A DNA stretch of 63,464 nt, counting the filler, from Welwitschia mirabilis (lineage: Eukaryota), in assembly GCA_051453625.1 (NCBI GenBank). It is 4 parts of one record of this genome, joined end to end, with 100 filler letters (N's around TTAATTAATTAA, not from the genome) between each part and the next. Parts side by side here need not be neighbours in the genome. Positions count along the whole stretch, not along the records: positions 37,891 to 60,265 come from JBOZIK010000001.1; 3 more parts are not named here. One strand, given 5' to 3'. The notes beneath the pieces were generated by a model. It had not been told where the DNA came from. It did not search any database and was given only the letters and a program-made list of their open reading frames with translations. Positions within the stretch are counted from its first letter, which is position 1. Every line of letters starts with the position of its first letter. Below are positions 40,801 to 55,199 of the stretch, one piece after another. The translations under genes and the position numbers were made by a program.

Positions 40801-43800
40801 AAAATAGGATAGATGTTATTAAAGGTTAAACTTAGAAATACTCCTATAATCTTAAGAAGGACATGATTATCATTATGATGTGATGAGTCATTATTTATAT
40901 CTTAAAGTATATAATCAAGTTTATCTCATTTCTTTATTTTTAATTGAGAAGGTTTACAAGTTATGAATATGGATTTTCACTATAGCTTTATGCAACCATA
41001 AAATTTAGGATGAATAACTTGGTTAGATATTTAATTACTTTCATGCATTGTTGATTATAAGGTGTTATTTATGTATTTATTTATTTTTTAATAAAATATT
41101 AATCTCTCTAAGAAACCATATAAAGTCATTGGTCTAAATTATTAAGATAATTGGAATTCTTCTAAGTGATTATAATCTATAGCTATAAAGTAGTAGAGTC
41201 TTTAATGACTTAAATTTATCATCCTTTTTAGTTTGTTTAGGGATTTGGAATTATCATATATATGATTAGGATGATGATTACTTAGGGATTGGAATTATAG
41301 TTAACATTATGAATACTTTGGAGCTATCACAAATATAATCAATTTTTAAGATTACTAAGGTGATAATATTATGATTAGTGTAATATTTATAATTTAACAT
41401 AAATGTAATTTGATATATATTTAGATAATAGAAAAATTATAGATATAATGAAATTCATGAGTATTAGAAGATATGATTAAATTCATGCTTATTTAGAAGT
41501 TAAAGTTATCTTGGAATCTAGTATTATTAAGAATATAATTGATTTTATTCATAGTTTAAGATTATTAGAGATATAACCAAATTTATAGCTATTAGGAATT
41601 AAGGTTGTTATTATTACCACTAACTTTATAATTATTAATAAAAAAGATTGTTAAAATTGTAGTTAGATTTATATTCTTATAAAATTATAAGTAATTAGTA
41701 CAACTATTATTTAAGTTAACCTAGAGTTCTAATACTAATTTATGACACCCTTTTTACTCTTATCCTAATTAAGCACTATGATTTTTTCCCTCTTCTTTTA
41801 TTCTGTAATATTTTTACCTAATAGATACAATGGAACCTAGGACCAAATTCTACTTACTCCTTAATTAGAATGTCTATATTCTAAGAAAGATAAATCATAT
41901 TAATATTATAGATTTATCTATAATTAATTTCTAAATTATTTTAATTTATAAATAATAGCAATGTTATAAGGTTGTGTCCTTTATTTCTTCCTAGTTTTTC
42001 ATCACATAAAAGATATCTTGTAAATAGTTCAGGAGTTGCAAACATGTTATCAACATACATGGATAAATTTTAAGGATAATATCTAACCAATATAATAGAA
42101 GGTTGCAACTCGAATTAATGGTATTCCAACTCAACATCTAGCCATCTCTAGATATGAATTGGTTTTACTTCAAGTTCTAAGCTATATAAACATGGCTAGG
42201 CTCAACTTGAAAAGCTTTCACTTTACCTTTATTTACTCCCGATATAGGTCATAGGCGGTACGTGAGATGGATGCATTCATAAAAAGACCCTCACTTTCTT
42301 GAAACATTTTTGAATGGTGTAACATGATCTATCAATACTAAGCACTCAACATATTAAGTCAAAGTAAGTTCATACATGGGTACAGTATAAGAGTGATAAT
42401 TATATCCACTTTTAGAAGGATATTATTAAAAAAATGCAATGCAACCCACCTTAGTGATGAAATCCAAGTGTGAGGATGAACATTATTAGAATTATCTTAA
42501 TTTAGTCCTATTCGATGAATTTACCATACAAATGCATGTAAATAGTTCTAACTAATGTGGATATTTAATGAATTATTTATCTAGTTATAATAATTCTAAT
42601 CATTATTTAGTTCATCTTATAGAAACAACCATAAAAAAAAGCAAGCATATAAGAACATTTTTATTTTCAAGATATAATAATAAAAACTAGATAAAGGAAA
42701 CATTCTTTTCTTTTCTATCTAAATGAAGTAAATATTCTTTTATTTTTATTTTAATAATAATAAAAATATTTAAAATGTATCAAAAAACATCTTAATAATA
42801 TACTTAAAGAAATTAAAACATATCTAGAGCTATGCCAATCCTAGAAACATTCTTCCATCTTCATAAGACAATCTCCATAGATTAGTGTAAAGAAGGTAAA
42901 CAAAAGAAATTATAACTCAAGAATAATTGTTAAGATATAAGCATTTATCCAATATTTCATATGGCTATATTATGACTTGGTAAAAATAAGTATAAGCTAG
43001 AGACTATGTTACTTAAACAACTAAGGTAAAAACGCTTACAAGCATGCACATTCAAAGTAAGCTAATGAAAAAAGGTGAAAGAGGTATTTTTACAAGTAAA
43101 TACCACTTATAGATAATTTAACTTAAATTTATAGAAATAGATTTCATATACTCAATTTTCTTATAAAATTTTGTGTAATAATTTTTCTATAATTTTAGAC
43201 ATTAATTATAATATTTTTAATCTCTAAGGAGATATCATGGTTAAAAATTAATAATTAATTAATTATTAAAAAATAAATCAAGGTAGTCTTCCAGAAACTA
43301 GAAACATAATAAAATTCTTATAATTTAACTTAAACTATCTTGGAATTTAAAACTATTGTTTCTAATGTTATCATTTAAGGCTAAAAATTATCAAATTTTC
43401 TAAAATTACTGTTCTACAGCACTATACTAAATTAACCATACATTTCAAAATATTTTGAGTTTTTAAATGATTCAAAAGATTTTTTTGGAAATATTATTCA
43501 ATTTCCTACAACTTAGGAAGCTCAAGTTTGCAAATATATTAACAGACAGATATAGAAATATAAATTACTTGCTTACCATTTTCTATATTTTTTCCTAATG
43601 TATTTTAAGAAATAATTTTTGAAAAACTAATTATCCATTATAAAAATTACTATTTTTACATTTTCCTATTCATAACACAATCCTAGACTTATAAAAAAAA
43701 TTTACTAATTTATACCTACTAATTAACAGTATATGATATTTTTATCATATGCCTCTATTTAGAAAATTTAACTTTTACCATAATAAAATATGATAAAGTT

Positions 43801-46745
43801 TTTAAAACTAGTTAAATAATAACTTAGATGATTAAAATAATGGATATACTAAGTAATTAATTATAGAAATAAAAATAAATTATAGAAAGAAAAATCAAAT
43901 AAATTCAAAAAGAAATATTTACTATAAGCCCTGGGATTTTCATGGAAGAGTACTAACCTAGAGATATTTTTAAGGATCAGACTTTGCCCCTAATAAGATG
44001 GTTCTAATGCATAATAGATTAAAAAAATATAATACTAAAATAANNNNNNNNNNNNNNNNNNNNNNNNNNNNNNNNNNNNNNNNNNNNNNNNNNNNNNNNN
44101 NNNNNNNNNNNNNNNNNNNNNNNNNNNNNNNNNNNNNNNNNNNACACCACACAAATGCATTCAAACAATTCTAACTAATGTGGATATTTAATAAATTATT
44201 TACCTAGTTATAATAATTATAATTATTATTCAGTTTATTTTATAGAAATAACCATAAAAACTAAAGCAAGCATATAAGAACATTTCTATTTTTAAGATTA
44301 TAAATAAAAATCTAGATAAAGAAAATATTCTTTTACTTAAAGAAACTAAAACATACCTGGAGCTATACCAATCCTAGAAACATATCTGGAAATAAAAACT
44401 CTTATAAGCATGCACATTTAAAGTAAGCTTTAAAAAATTGTAAAAGAGGAATTTCTATAAATAAATACCACTTATGGGTAATTTAACTTAAATCTACTAA
44501 TAGAAACATATTTTATATACTAAATTTTCCTATAAAATTTTGTGTAATAATTTTTCTATAATTTTCAACATTAATTATAACATTTGTGGTCTATAAGAAG
44601 ACATCTTCATTAAAAATTAATAATTAATTGATTATGAAGAAAAAAATAATTTATAGTAGGCTTTCGCAAAATTAGAAAGATAATAGGATCCTAAGGATTT
44701 AACTTAAACTATTTTGGAATTATAAAAATATTATTTCTAATGTTATCATTCAAGGCTAAGAACTGTCAAATTTTCTAAAATTACATTCCTACCACACTAT
44801 ACTAAAATGACAATACTTTCAAACTAATTTGAGTTTTTAAATTATTCAAGCCTTTTTAGAAATATTATTCAATTTCCTACAACTTAGAATGCTTAAGTTT
44901 GCAAATACGTTGATAGATAGGTATAGAAGTGTAAATTAGTTGCTTATTTATTTTTGTATTTATTTTCTAACATATTTTGATAAATAATTTTTTTCAAAAA
45001 TTACCCATTAAAAAAATTACTATTATTATATTTTCACGTTAGTAAGACAACCTTAGACTATATAAAAACTTCCACTAATTTATACCTACTAGTTAATGAG
45101 ATATGATATTTTTATCTAATGCCTCTATTCTAGAAATTTAATTTTTGCCATAACAAAAACATGATAAGGTTTTTACAACTAGTTAAATAATAACTTAGAC
45201 CATTAAAATATTAGATATACTAGGTAATTACTTAAATAAAGGAAAATCCATTTTAAATTGAAAAAAATCATTGTATAAAGAAAAATCATATCAATTCAAA
45301 AAAGCTATTTACTATGAGCCTTGGGATTTTCCATGAAAGAGTACTGGCCTAAAGAGATTTTTAAGGATCAGACTTGCCCCTAATATGATGGTTCTAATGC
45401 ATAATAGATTTTATATATATATATATATAATAATGAAATAAACATAAGTACCCAAATTTTTATTCTTTAAATAGTAAACCCCTTAGTTACTTAGCCATAA
45501 TCATCCATTACTAATCTTCCATTATCAAGTATAAGAGACCCCTTATATTTTACTATAATGACTTGGTGGGAGCCAATTAGAGGGAATAATATTTTATAAC
45601 ATAATTGCATAAAAGCCATAAATAATTTGTTAATAAAATATCACATCATTCCAGTAGGGGAAAAATTATATGAACAATATGAGTAAAGAGCTTATTTAAG
45701 AAGATTAGTAAGATCTTGATAGTTANNNNNNNNNNNNNNNNNNNNNNNNNNNNNNNNNNNNNNNNNNNNNNNNNNNNNNNNNNNNNNNNNNNNNNNNNNN
45801 NNNNNNNNNNNNNNNNNNNNNNNNNNNNNNNNNNNNNNNNNNNNNNNNNNNNNNNNNNNNNNNNNNNNNNNNNNNNNNNNNNNNNATATATAAATAAATA
45901 AAGGCACATAGCTCAAGATCACAAAATCACATGATTTAGCATTGATAAGTGCGATGAGTAATAAGTGACACTGAAGTACAAAAAGAGATCATATTTATTA
46001 CTCATGCATGTAATTAGAATGAGTAATCTTCTTAATTTAATTAGTAAGATTACTTAAATGCATCATTTCTTCATGCTAGCTCTTTTAATCCTTCATAGGC
46101 TTATCAGTAAGTCTAATTCATCAAAGACATGCATCAAAAGAATAAATGCAAAAATATCAAAATTATCATATGGCATAATAAGAGAAACTCTTCAATTCTA
46201 ATGAATAAAGTAATGAGTATAATATGAACAAAGTGCCCCTATACATCTAAAGAACGTAAAAGTCATGGTAGAGTAAATCTACTTATTTATCATTCTTGGN
46301 NNNNNNNNNNNNNNNNNNNNNNNNNNNNNNNNNNNNNNNNNNNNNNNNNNNNNNNNNNNNNNNNNNNNNNNNNNNNNNNNNNNNNNNNNNNNNNNNNNNA
46401 TTATACATAGCAAATTTATCAAGAATTGAACTGAGTAAATAAGATGCAAAATATATTATTATGTCCACTTGAAATTTTTAATATATTAGTTTTATCATGT
46501 GATTTTAATTCCTCACATAATGGAATTATGTAATTTTTAAATGTTTGGATAGATTTTCCCATAAAACATTTTGACATTATTTTTATAATTTTCATGGTAA
46601 ACTATAAAGGTTACAAACTAAGGTTAATTTTAAAATAACATCTTATTTTATAAGGAACTTAAATAAGGATAATTGTTTATTTTATTAAAAGCTTTATATA
46701 CTTATTATTTAAGTAAATAAGGTTTATAAAATATGGGATGTGACA
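37891..46745 (-). mobile_element. Tekay/Del-like Ty3-gypsy element 5' half (long LTR 41741-46745, PBS, gag, protease, RT, start of RNaseH)
   Basis: The LTR reads TGTCACATCCC...GGGTGTCATA on the minus strand; decayed Met-PBS TAGTATTAGAAC at ~41726-41737; gag ORF 40074-40385 (EANLWW...W.EF...F); RT MPFGLTN ~38600 and VIVFINDILIYSK ~38500-38535; VRSFLGL ~38280. Confidence 0.85.
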
Positions 46746-47799
46746 ATTCCATAGCAGTGGTGAGTTCATATGATGTTGATTTAGTTCCATTTATGATTTG
46801 AGTTAATCCCATGGATGGCTAGGGTAGTATCCATTTTTTCAAGTAAGATATGTATATTACTTAAGGATAATTCTTAAAATATGTCTTCTTTGAAGTTATA
46901 TAGGATAAAGGATATAAATGTATTTGAAAGATTACTTGAAGAAAATATTCCTTGAAGTTGTCCATTTTGGTGATTTTCTTATTAGTCTTATGTTTCAATG
47001 GTTTTATTAATTTTTATGATTTTCTTATCAATATTATGTTTTTATGCTTCCATTAATTTTGATGCTTGCATTATTAAATTTAGTGATTTTATGCTTTTGT
47101 CCTTATTTTATGATAGTTAGTATTAATTCTTCATCTTGTTATGAAATTTACATTAAAGGGGATCTATTGGATATTTTATACATTTTTTACATTAAATAAC
47201 AGAGCACCTTATACATTCCCATAATTCTCTATATTTGCTTTTCCATGTATATCATCGATCTTCGATTATTTTCATGTTCTTAAAACTACCTCAATATTCC
47301 TATTTCATATTCCTTCTATCTTGAGTCGTTCCTAGTTCATATATCATTATATAGTATATTGTTATGATTAAGTTAACTAAGCTTCTATTAATGATTAACA
47401 TACATGCTTCATGTGAGCACTTCCCACATCTTTTAGGATATCCTAGATATTTCACCTTTCTATAATTTAATTAGATCTAAGAAACCCTTATTAGACTTCA
47501 ATTAGAAATAAATCATAGCAAAGGAAAAATGGTGAAAGCACAAGCTCTCAGAAAATAGCTTTGAAAAGATCAAAATCAATTGGATCATGGACAGCATCAT
47601 ACATGAAGAATGGTCTAAAAGTGCAAAAAAGCTATTATGAGCGAGAATAAGCAAAATCCTAAAATGATATTTGAAAAATAATATTTTTAGTATTTCTCTC
47701 TAATTCAAATAATAGATCTTACTTTTACAAAAAAGCACATATAATTAGTTTCCACTAGGTTTTTTATTTTCTCTAAATACAAGATGAAAGTATAACTTA

Positions 47800-50629
47800 T
47801 TAATGCCGTAGTAATTTACCCTCAACGTGGAAATGGACTCTCTTCTAAGAAAAATGAAGTGCATACAGAAAAACTTTAGGAATGCTACATATAATAAAAC
47901 CTCCTAAAAAAGGATTACCATCTAATGAAACTACTTCTATATAAGTAGTTAGATTTTGCTATGCATTGCACATTCCATAGTTCTAGGTGAAAAAATATTG
48001 TATACATATCATAGTACTAAATAAGCTACACTATACATCATAGTACTAGGATTAAGACTGAATTTTATAAGTAACTTTAAAAGTCAAATAAATTCCAATA
48101 TACACAAAAAGTGAGTTGGATGAACTCAGAGTTAATCTTATCTCAGATTGAAAATTTTTAATTATTTTTGAATAGAATGATTTTGTTTGAGTATCAGTTA
48201 TGGTTCTATAGTCAGATGATGTAAAAGTAAAAGAAATTCATGCTATATAAGTTGTTTAGGTTTATGGACCAAATCCCATGTATTATTTTCTATAAGCACA
48301 TAGTATTTCTATTATGGTTTGGACTTATTATTATATACAATGATGTCTTTGAAAGAGGTTAGTTCACCATCAAATGTTAAATGAAACTCATCATCATCAT
48401 CAAGAGATGCATTAAAGATCTACCTAGTTTAAGGTTTTTCTTTTCCATCATCACAAACATCTTATATAGTAGACTCTAACCAAGCACTTCATTTTCATCT
48501 TTAAAGATGATTAACATTCTCACTAGAATAATCTAATGTGTTACTATTAGAATGATGCTTATATATGCTAATAATAAAAAAAATCTTAGTTTCTCTAGGT
48601 TATATAGTAAACAAAGCATTTTTACCAGAAATAATTGATAAAGTAAGATTAGTAGGCATATATGACTCTTGAACTATATGACATTTAGCATCTAAAATTT
48701 ACATAGGATGAGAGGAAGGATGTAGCTTAAAATGATTAAGCTAATAATTAATCTATTAAGTTTTAGAAAATGTGACATCATGAGAAAACAATGATCTTAT
48801 AATGCTCAAAAATATACACATAATATCATTTCTAACTAGTTAGATATTCCATAAATATGCAAACATGAGCATATCTGGTAAGTTTGTCATGACGTTTGTT
48901 AGAAATATGAACATAATACTTATACAAAAACATGAAGATGAGTTAAAATAGGACTATATTCATTTCATCTTTCAAAAGTAGGTATACACTTTTTAGAATC
49001 ATAATCAATATAATTATTGAGATAGACTATAGTACTAATAACTTCATCTCATAAATAGGTTTTATAACCAATTAAAATACATCACTATAAATGTCATATT
49101 CATGATAGTTTAATTGAACCATTTAATGATGTCATTTAGTTGAGGAAGTCCTAGGCATATTTTTAGATTTTAAGTTCCTTTTAAGGCAATAAATCCTTGA
49201 ATTTAGCTTATTTTTACTCGTTGTCATTGTTAAAATGGAAATCCTCAATCTTATTACTGGTTTTCTTTTTCCCTTTTTATCTGGAAATATTACAAATACT
49301 TAAAGAAAGAGATCTTGATTCGATGAATATACCCAAATCATTTGCAAAAAATAAGCTATGAATGTTTTAAATTTGCAATATCCTTAGAGTGTGGGAGCTA
49401 GCATAGGACTAGATTAATCATTGTGAATGAGTAGAAGGTTCCAAGTAGTGTATCATTTGCTAGAAGAAAAGTGTTTTCATATTACTTTACTCATTATACA
49501 TGCTTTATATTAAGGAAAATCAAATGAAATGGAGGGTATACACTAATGTCCCTTCTCACACATTATAGTCAAAGAATGAAAATTAGGATAACCCAAACAA
49601 GCATGTCATAGAACTGATGGTTAAATCTCTTATTTTGTGACATCGTAGGAAATTTCATGTATGTTAATACTTCCTTAAAAATGCATTAATTTCATATGTA
49701 TATACTTTTCATGATAAGGTTCTTATAAGAATTGAAAATGTTGATGGAATCCCTTATCATGGAAATTGAATTATCTTCTTTAACTAATATGAGAAGGGAA
49801 AGAAGATGTAACATTAAAGAGAGTGCATACAAAACATGAGGTAATGTTTACTATGAGAAAGAAGGTAAATAAAAAATAACTAAACCATAATCTTTTATAA
49901 AAACTAGAGTTATGTATACCAAATAAACTTAACTAGGTTATGCTACAAAATAATCAAAATAGTTGTTCCTATACATCATACCCTTATTTGCACTAGTATG
50001 TCGAATTAAAAGTTTGTTATAAGGCATGTTTTCACTCATACATGTAAAAGCATAAATTTCAAAAATGATACTGGATTTATGGTATTAAACATTATTAAGA
50101 GAACTAGATTTATTATTAACTACATGTACTTATAGAGGAGCTTTAATTTTATTCAAATGTATCTAATGAGAATTGGTAATAGGACTTTTTCTTCTACATT
50201 ATAAACACTAATATGTGTTGTTATTTAAAGCAACATTATTCTGATTTAATTTCTTCTTTGTCTGAAACTAATGGCATTAAGGAGGTGGAGCTTCTTATTA
50301 TCTTTGAGGAGCTTTACTCTTATTATGATTTTTAACATTAGTAGCATATTTTCTTGAATAATGTTTATTAAAATGTGATCCGTTATAAGGAGTAATACTT
50401 TGAATCTATCCTTTGAGGAAGAGATACTAGTAAAGTTAAATTATGTTTTAGCAATAATAATATCTTTATTGAGTGTATTAAAGACCATTTATAGTATTTT
50501 CCTATTACTAAGTAACAACATAATGTAGCTAGGTAAAGATAGATCCTCTAAACAACATCTTCACAAGTTGACATAGTGTATTGGTTTTGCAAGTCAATTT
50601 TAGCAGCTTTCACTTTAATATTAATTATT
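47800..50629 (-). mobile_element. Highly degraded Ty1-copia relic (integrase and RT start), host of SIRE copy 3
   Basis: *HACLGYP (WH.RLGHP) ~49590; RHDKLTRYAHVCIFMEY ~48850-48895; WDLV ~48270; boundaries approximate. Confidence 0.6.
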
Positions 50630-51750
50630 TGTATTGTTAGTAAATCTATTTTTAATGATTCCACTTATCAAATATTTTATCTCATTATGTAGATAGATGA
50701 TTGCAATGAATATTAGATAATGATAAGCATAAGCCATTATTAGATCTTTAAATATGATAACTTATAAAGAGGCTTAGAGTTAAAATGCAAAATCAATTAT
50801 CTAAAGATGTTTCTGTTAAAGACATCTATAGATTAAATATGTCTTAAATGTACTAGCTTTCAGCTCACAAGTTAAAGATGACTATCTTATCATAGATGAC
50901 TATGCTCAAAGTTGAACCTGTCATAGATGAAGACATCTATATGTTTAAAGACATTTATACTGAATACAAATAGGTAACAAAGTTATTTTGGATTTTGATT
51001 AACATCTTATGTTTTAGATAATCTATTAATTTTTACATCACAGATTCATGATCATGGAGGCTCAAGGATTATACAAACCAATTTTTATTAAAGTTTGGGC
51101 AAGTTCACTGAATATGTTTATAATGTAAAGACATCTATCTATTAATAGTGTTTACAAATTTAAAGATGTCTTAAATCAAAGTTCATGTTAATAAAAAATA
51201 AAGATTTGTGTCTGATGTCTAGATATTTTATATCTAGTACATAGTGGTTACAAAGTTTAGATGGCTACTATTAAAGGTTAAACAACCAGTTTTTCTTCAA
51301 TAATATAAAGGCTTAACATCATGAAATAAATCATAACATTTTGGTACTTCAACAATCAGACAACTTTTGAAATACAATGATTACACATCTCATATAGTAA
51401 TGAATGCATCTTGTATAGAATGAAGATCACATATGTAAAAGGAACATCTTACAAAGGATCAAGCTGTCATTACAAAGGAGATTATAATGTCTTCATCATT
51501 TGTTCTTAGATTCTAGGTTACTCTATCATTTTCTTGCACTTGTGATGATGACAAGAATAAGGAACTTAAGTACTTCTTCAAAGATACATCCTTCAGGCTT
51601 GTTGTTATTTTATATTTGTGGATCGCACATTATTGGACTATTTTATTTTTGAATATTATCTTAAGTCCATTATTGTATTGAATAAAACTCATTATAAGGC
51701 AACCATTATATGGGTGTACATTGAAATTGTGCCTGTAAGTACTTGCTTTA

Positions 51751-52130
51751 TTGTAAGATTAGTGGTTAGATAAAAAACGATTATTTCCTTGAGGATAAGA
51801 AACTGTTGCCTTATGAGAAGACTTTCATTATTATAAGGTTACTAGTACACCTAGAAAAACCATTATTTACTTGTAGGAAGGAGAACTACCTTATGAGGAA
51901 ACTCTCATTATTGTAAGATTTGTGATGCATCTAAAACCATTAGTTCTCTATAAGGAAGAGAGTGTTGTATTACAAGGAGACTCTCATTATTATAAGGTTT
52001 ATGGTGTGCCTAGAAAACCACTATTTTCCTACAGAGAAGAGAATACTTCCTTGTGGAAAGACTCTCATTTTGTAATATTGGTGGTATGTCAAAAAACCAT
52101 TCTCATAGGTCAAGAATATCCACAAGTGTG
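51751..52130 (+). repeat. ~80-bp tandem repeat, about 5 units, in the 5' LTR of SIRE copy 3
   Basis: Unit starts at about 51751, 51831, 51911, 51990 and 52070 (ttgtaag.tt..tggtg..cctagaaaacca.tatt...gactctcatta). Confidence 0.85.
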
Positions 52131-55100
52131 AGAGAAAGATACCCTCTGTTTATGAACATATTCAAGTTGGGAAACCACATTATCTTAGTAAGGTATTTAC
52201 TATTGTTCTTTTTCATTTTGTTATTAGTTAAAAATTTTATTTAGTAGGATTCATTTACACATCCCCTTTGAGTTCAATGATCTTTAAGTGCTATCAGAGT
52301 AGGTACTTATAAAAAGAAGTGATTTGTTTGAGTTAATAATGGAAGAAGTAACATTCATTAGACATTCACTCTTTGATGAAATAAACTATGCCTACTGGAA
52401 AATAAAGATGCAATTGTACTTACAGTATTTTAGTTTTAGGTATGACAAACTATAGAAGAAGGATATTTATATCTTACAAAAAACATAATAGATGTTGTAG
52501 GCAATACCATCACTCAGATCAAGCAAAGAAAAGATTGGAAAGATAAAGAGAAAGTTACTTTCATGTATGATTCTAAAGCCAAAATTGCATTTTATTCTAC
52601 TTTAATAATAGAAGAGTTAAATAAAATAGTAGATTGAAAGATAGCACAAGAGATTTGGAATGTTCTTATTGAAATGTATGAAGGAACTTCATTTATTAAA
52701 CAATCAAAGCTTCTCATATGATGAATTAGTTTAAGAATCTCAAAATACACTATAGAGAAAGAGTTTACAAGTACTTCAATAGAGTTTTAATAATTATAAA
52801 TGAAATACATGGCATTGAAGAAATTTTTTAAAAGCAAAGATAATACAAAAAATTATTAGATCTCTAACTCTTGAATACATACCCAAGACTACAACTACAA
52901 AAGAGTTAAGAGATTTCAATATTATGAAGATAGAAGAGTTACAAAGTGATCTTGCAAAATATGAAATAAATCTCATACAAGATGAATCATTAAAAGAAAA
53001 ATCCATTGTACTAAAGCATGTATAAGCACAAAATAGAGTTTAAAAAGAAAAGCAAAGGAAGAATAGGAACAAGATAACTCTGATGATGATAAAAATGAGG
53101 AACTTTCACTCATCATAAGGAGAGTAAAAGGCTTTTTTTACATAATAATAACAAAAGGGAGGACTTTAGAAAGTCATCCGAATTTTAAGCCAAAGGTAAG
53201 TTTAAAGGTAAGTCTTCCAATAATACTTCTTTTTATGATGTTTCAAAAATAGAATGTTGTGTATGTAAAGGACAAGAACATGTAGATTCAGAATATCCTA
53301 ATGCTAATAGAATACAAGACAAGGAATAAAATAAAGAATAAAAGAAGAAGAGATCCTTCTTTATAGGATGAAATGATGATGAGAAAGAAATGGGTGAAAA
53401 AACATCTGATGATGAAAATCTCATCTTCCTATATATATATTACATACTTGCTAGAAAAAGATGATAAGATAGAAGAAGAGTATGGTTCAAAAAGTAAAGA
53501 TGATACAGGTATGAGTGGAGATCTAATTTCAAAAAAAAAATTAAATTGAAAAAGGTATATACTAAGATAAAAAAATTCAAAGCAAATACATTCCAATTTT
53601 TTGATTATTTACATCGTCCTGGTCCAATTATAAGAAAAGATTACCTTCCTATCTAGAGAAAAATTCATACTCATAAAGAAGCTTATGAATAAGAAAATAA
53701 TACCTGTAATGAATTATAATACCTGTAATGAATTATCTTCTAAAAACTTGGCTCTTAAAGTTAAGGTCAATAGACTAACATGTGATTTAAAGCATGTAAG
53801 ATAGAAACTATTATATTCAAATAAAATCAATGAAAAATTTACTTGAGGAAAAAAGACATTAAATATTATGCTTGGGCAATGTAAAAGCTCAAATGACAAA
53901 AGTGTCTTGAAACATAATAAATCCTCTACTAGTACTCCAACCTTCTTAATTAATAAATGGAATTATAAGTCAAGGTATGAACATTTATCATTTACAAATA
54001 ATATCATTTGCTATTATTATCATAATAGAGGTCATTATCAATATAGATATCCAATGAAATTTAAAGACAGGTATTATACTAATAATGCTAAAAGTCATAG
54101 TAGAATGGTACATTTATTTTTGTAAGAAAAACCAATAAAATTTTGAGTACCAAAAGTAAAACTAGCACTCTTATCATAAACTACCTTATAAGATAATTTT
54201 AACAATGAAACTAGGTATTTATTAAACAAAATAGGAGAAGCAAAGCATTAGCAAAAGAAAGGGTCAACATGGAAATGAGGACTTACTCAAAAGGAAAATT
54301 ACAAAGAACACAACAAATGCATTGTAGTATAATATACTGATTATCTACTTGCCAATGTGATTACTAAGTCTCAAGGTACTAAAAGATATATTACATTGTA
54401 TAGGAACTTAGAGATTGAACCTTACTCAATCAGGTAAGTTAACAAATAATATCATTTGCATTCTTAAGTTTACATTATAATCATCTTAAGTGTTCATATT
54501 ATGATTAGATGTAGTAGTAAAAATTAAATTATGTGGTTGTTATTTATATTTTTGAATTCTTAATATTATTTTTGTAGTAGTTATAGATCTTTTTAAAAAA
54601 TATTGAAATTTCATTACAAACATCTTCAATTTTATAGATGTCTTAAATTTTGTAGATATCTTTGAAGGGTAGGTAGGCTACTTTAATTTTTTGAAATAAA
54701 TATATTGAATTATTGACATATTGATAGTAGGAAAATGTACTAGGACTTTTTTAATAGAAAATATCTTTGAGTTTGTAAACATATACTTTTTGGGCTTTAG
54801 ATATCTGTTAGATTATATATGTCTTAATTGTACTATTGTAGAAATCAAAATGCATCAAAAATCTAGGGCTTTAACTTTTTTTATTTGGAAAATAGACCAC
54901 CAAATCTCATCTTCAAGTCTTCACTTGATAGATGTCTCTCTCAAAAGATTTTTTAGGGCTTATTTTGTTAGATTTCACTACCAAGACATCTTAGATTTGT
55001 GAGACATCTCATCAACAAGGAAGAACAGGGNNNNNNNNNNCACATGTGCATATTTTTCATTATTTCTTATATTCTAGTTGATTTTTGCTTACTTTTTTTC

Positions 55101-55199
55101 ATATATCTTGAAAAGATCCTTATAGGAAACTTAGTTAGTACTTCTAGAGATAAAGAACAAGCTTTAAAGCAACAAAGATCATAATATAAGCCTTAGTTT

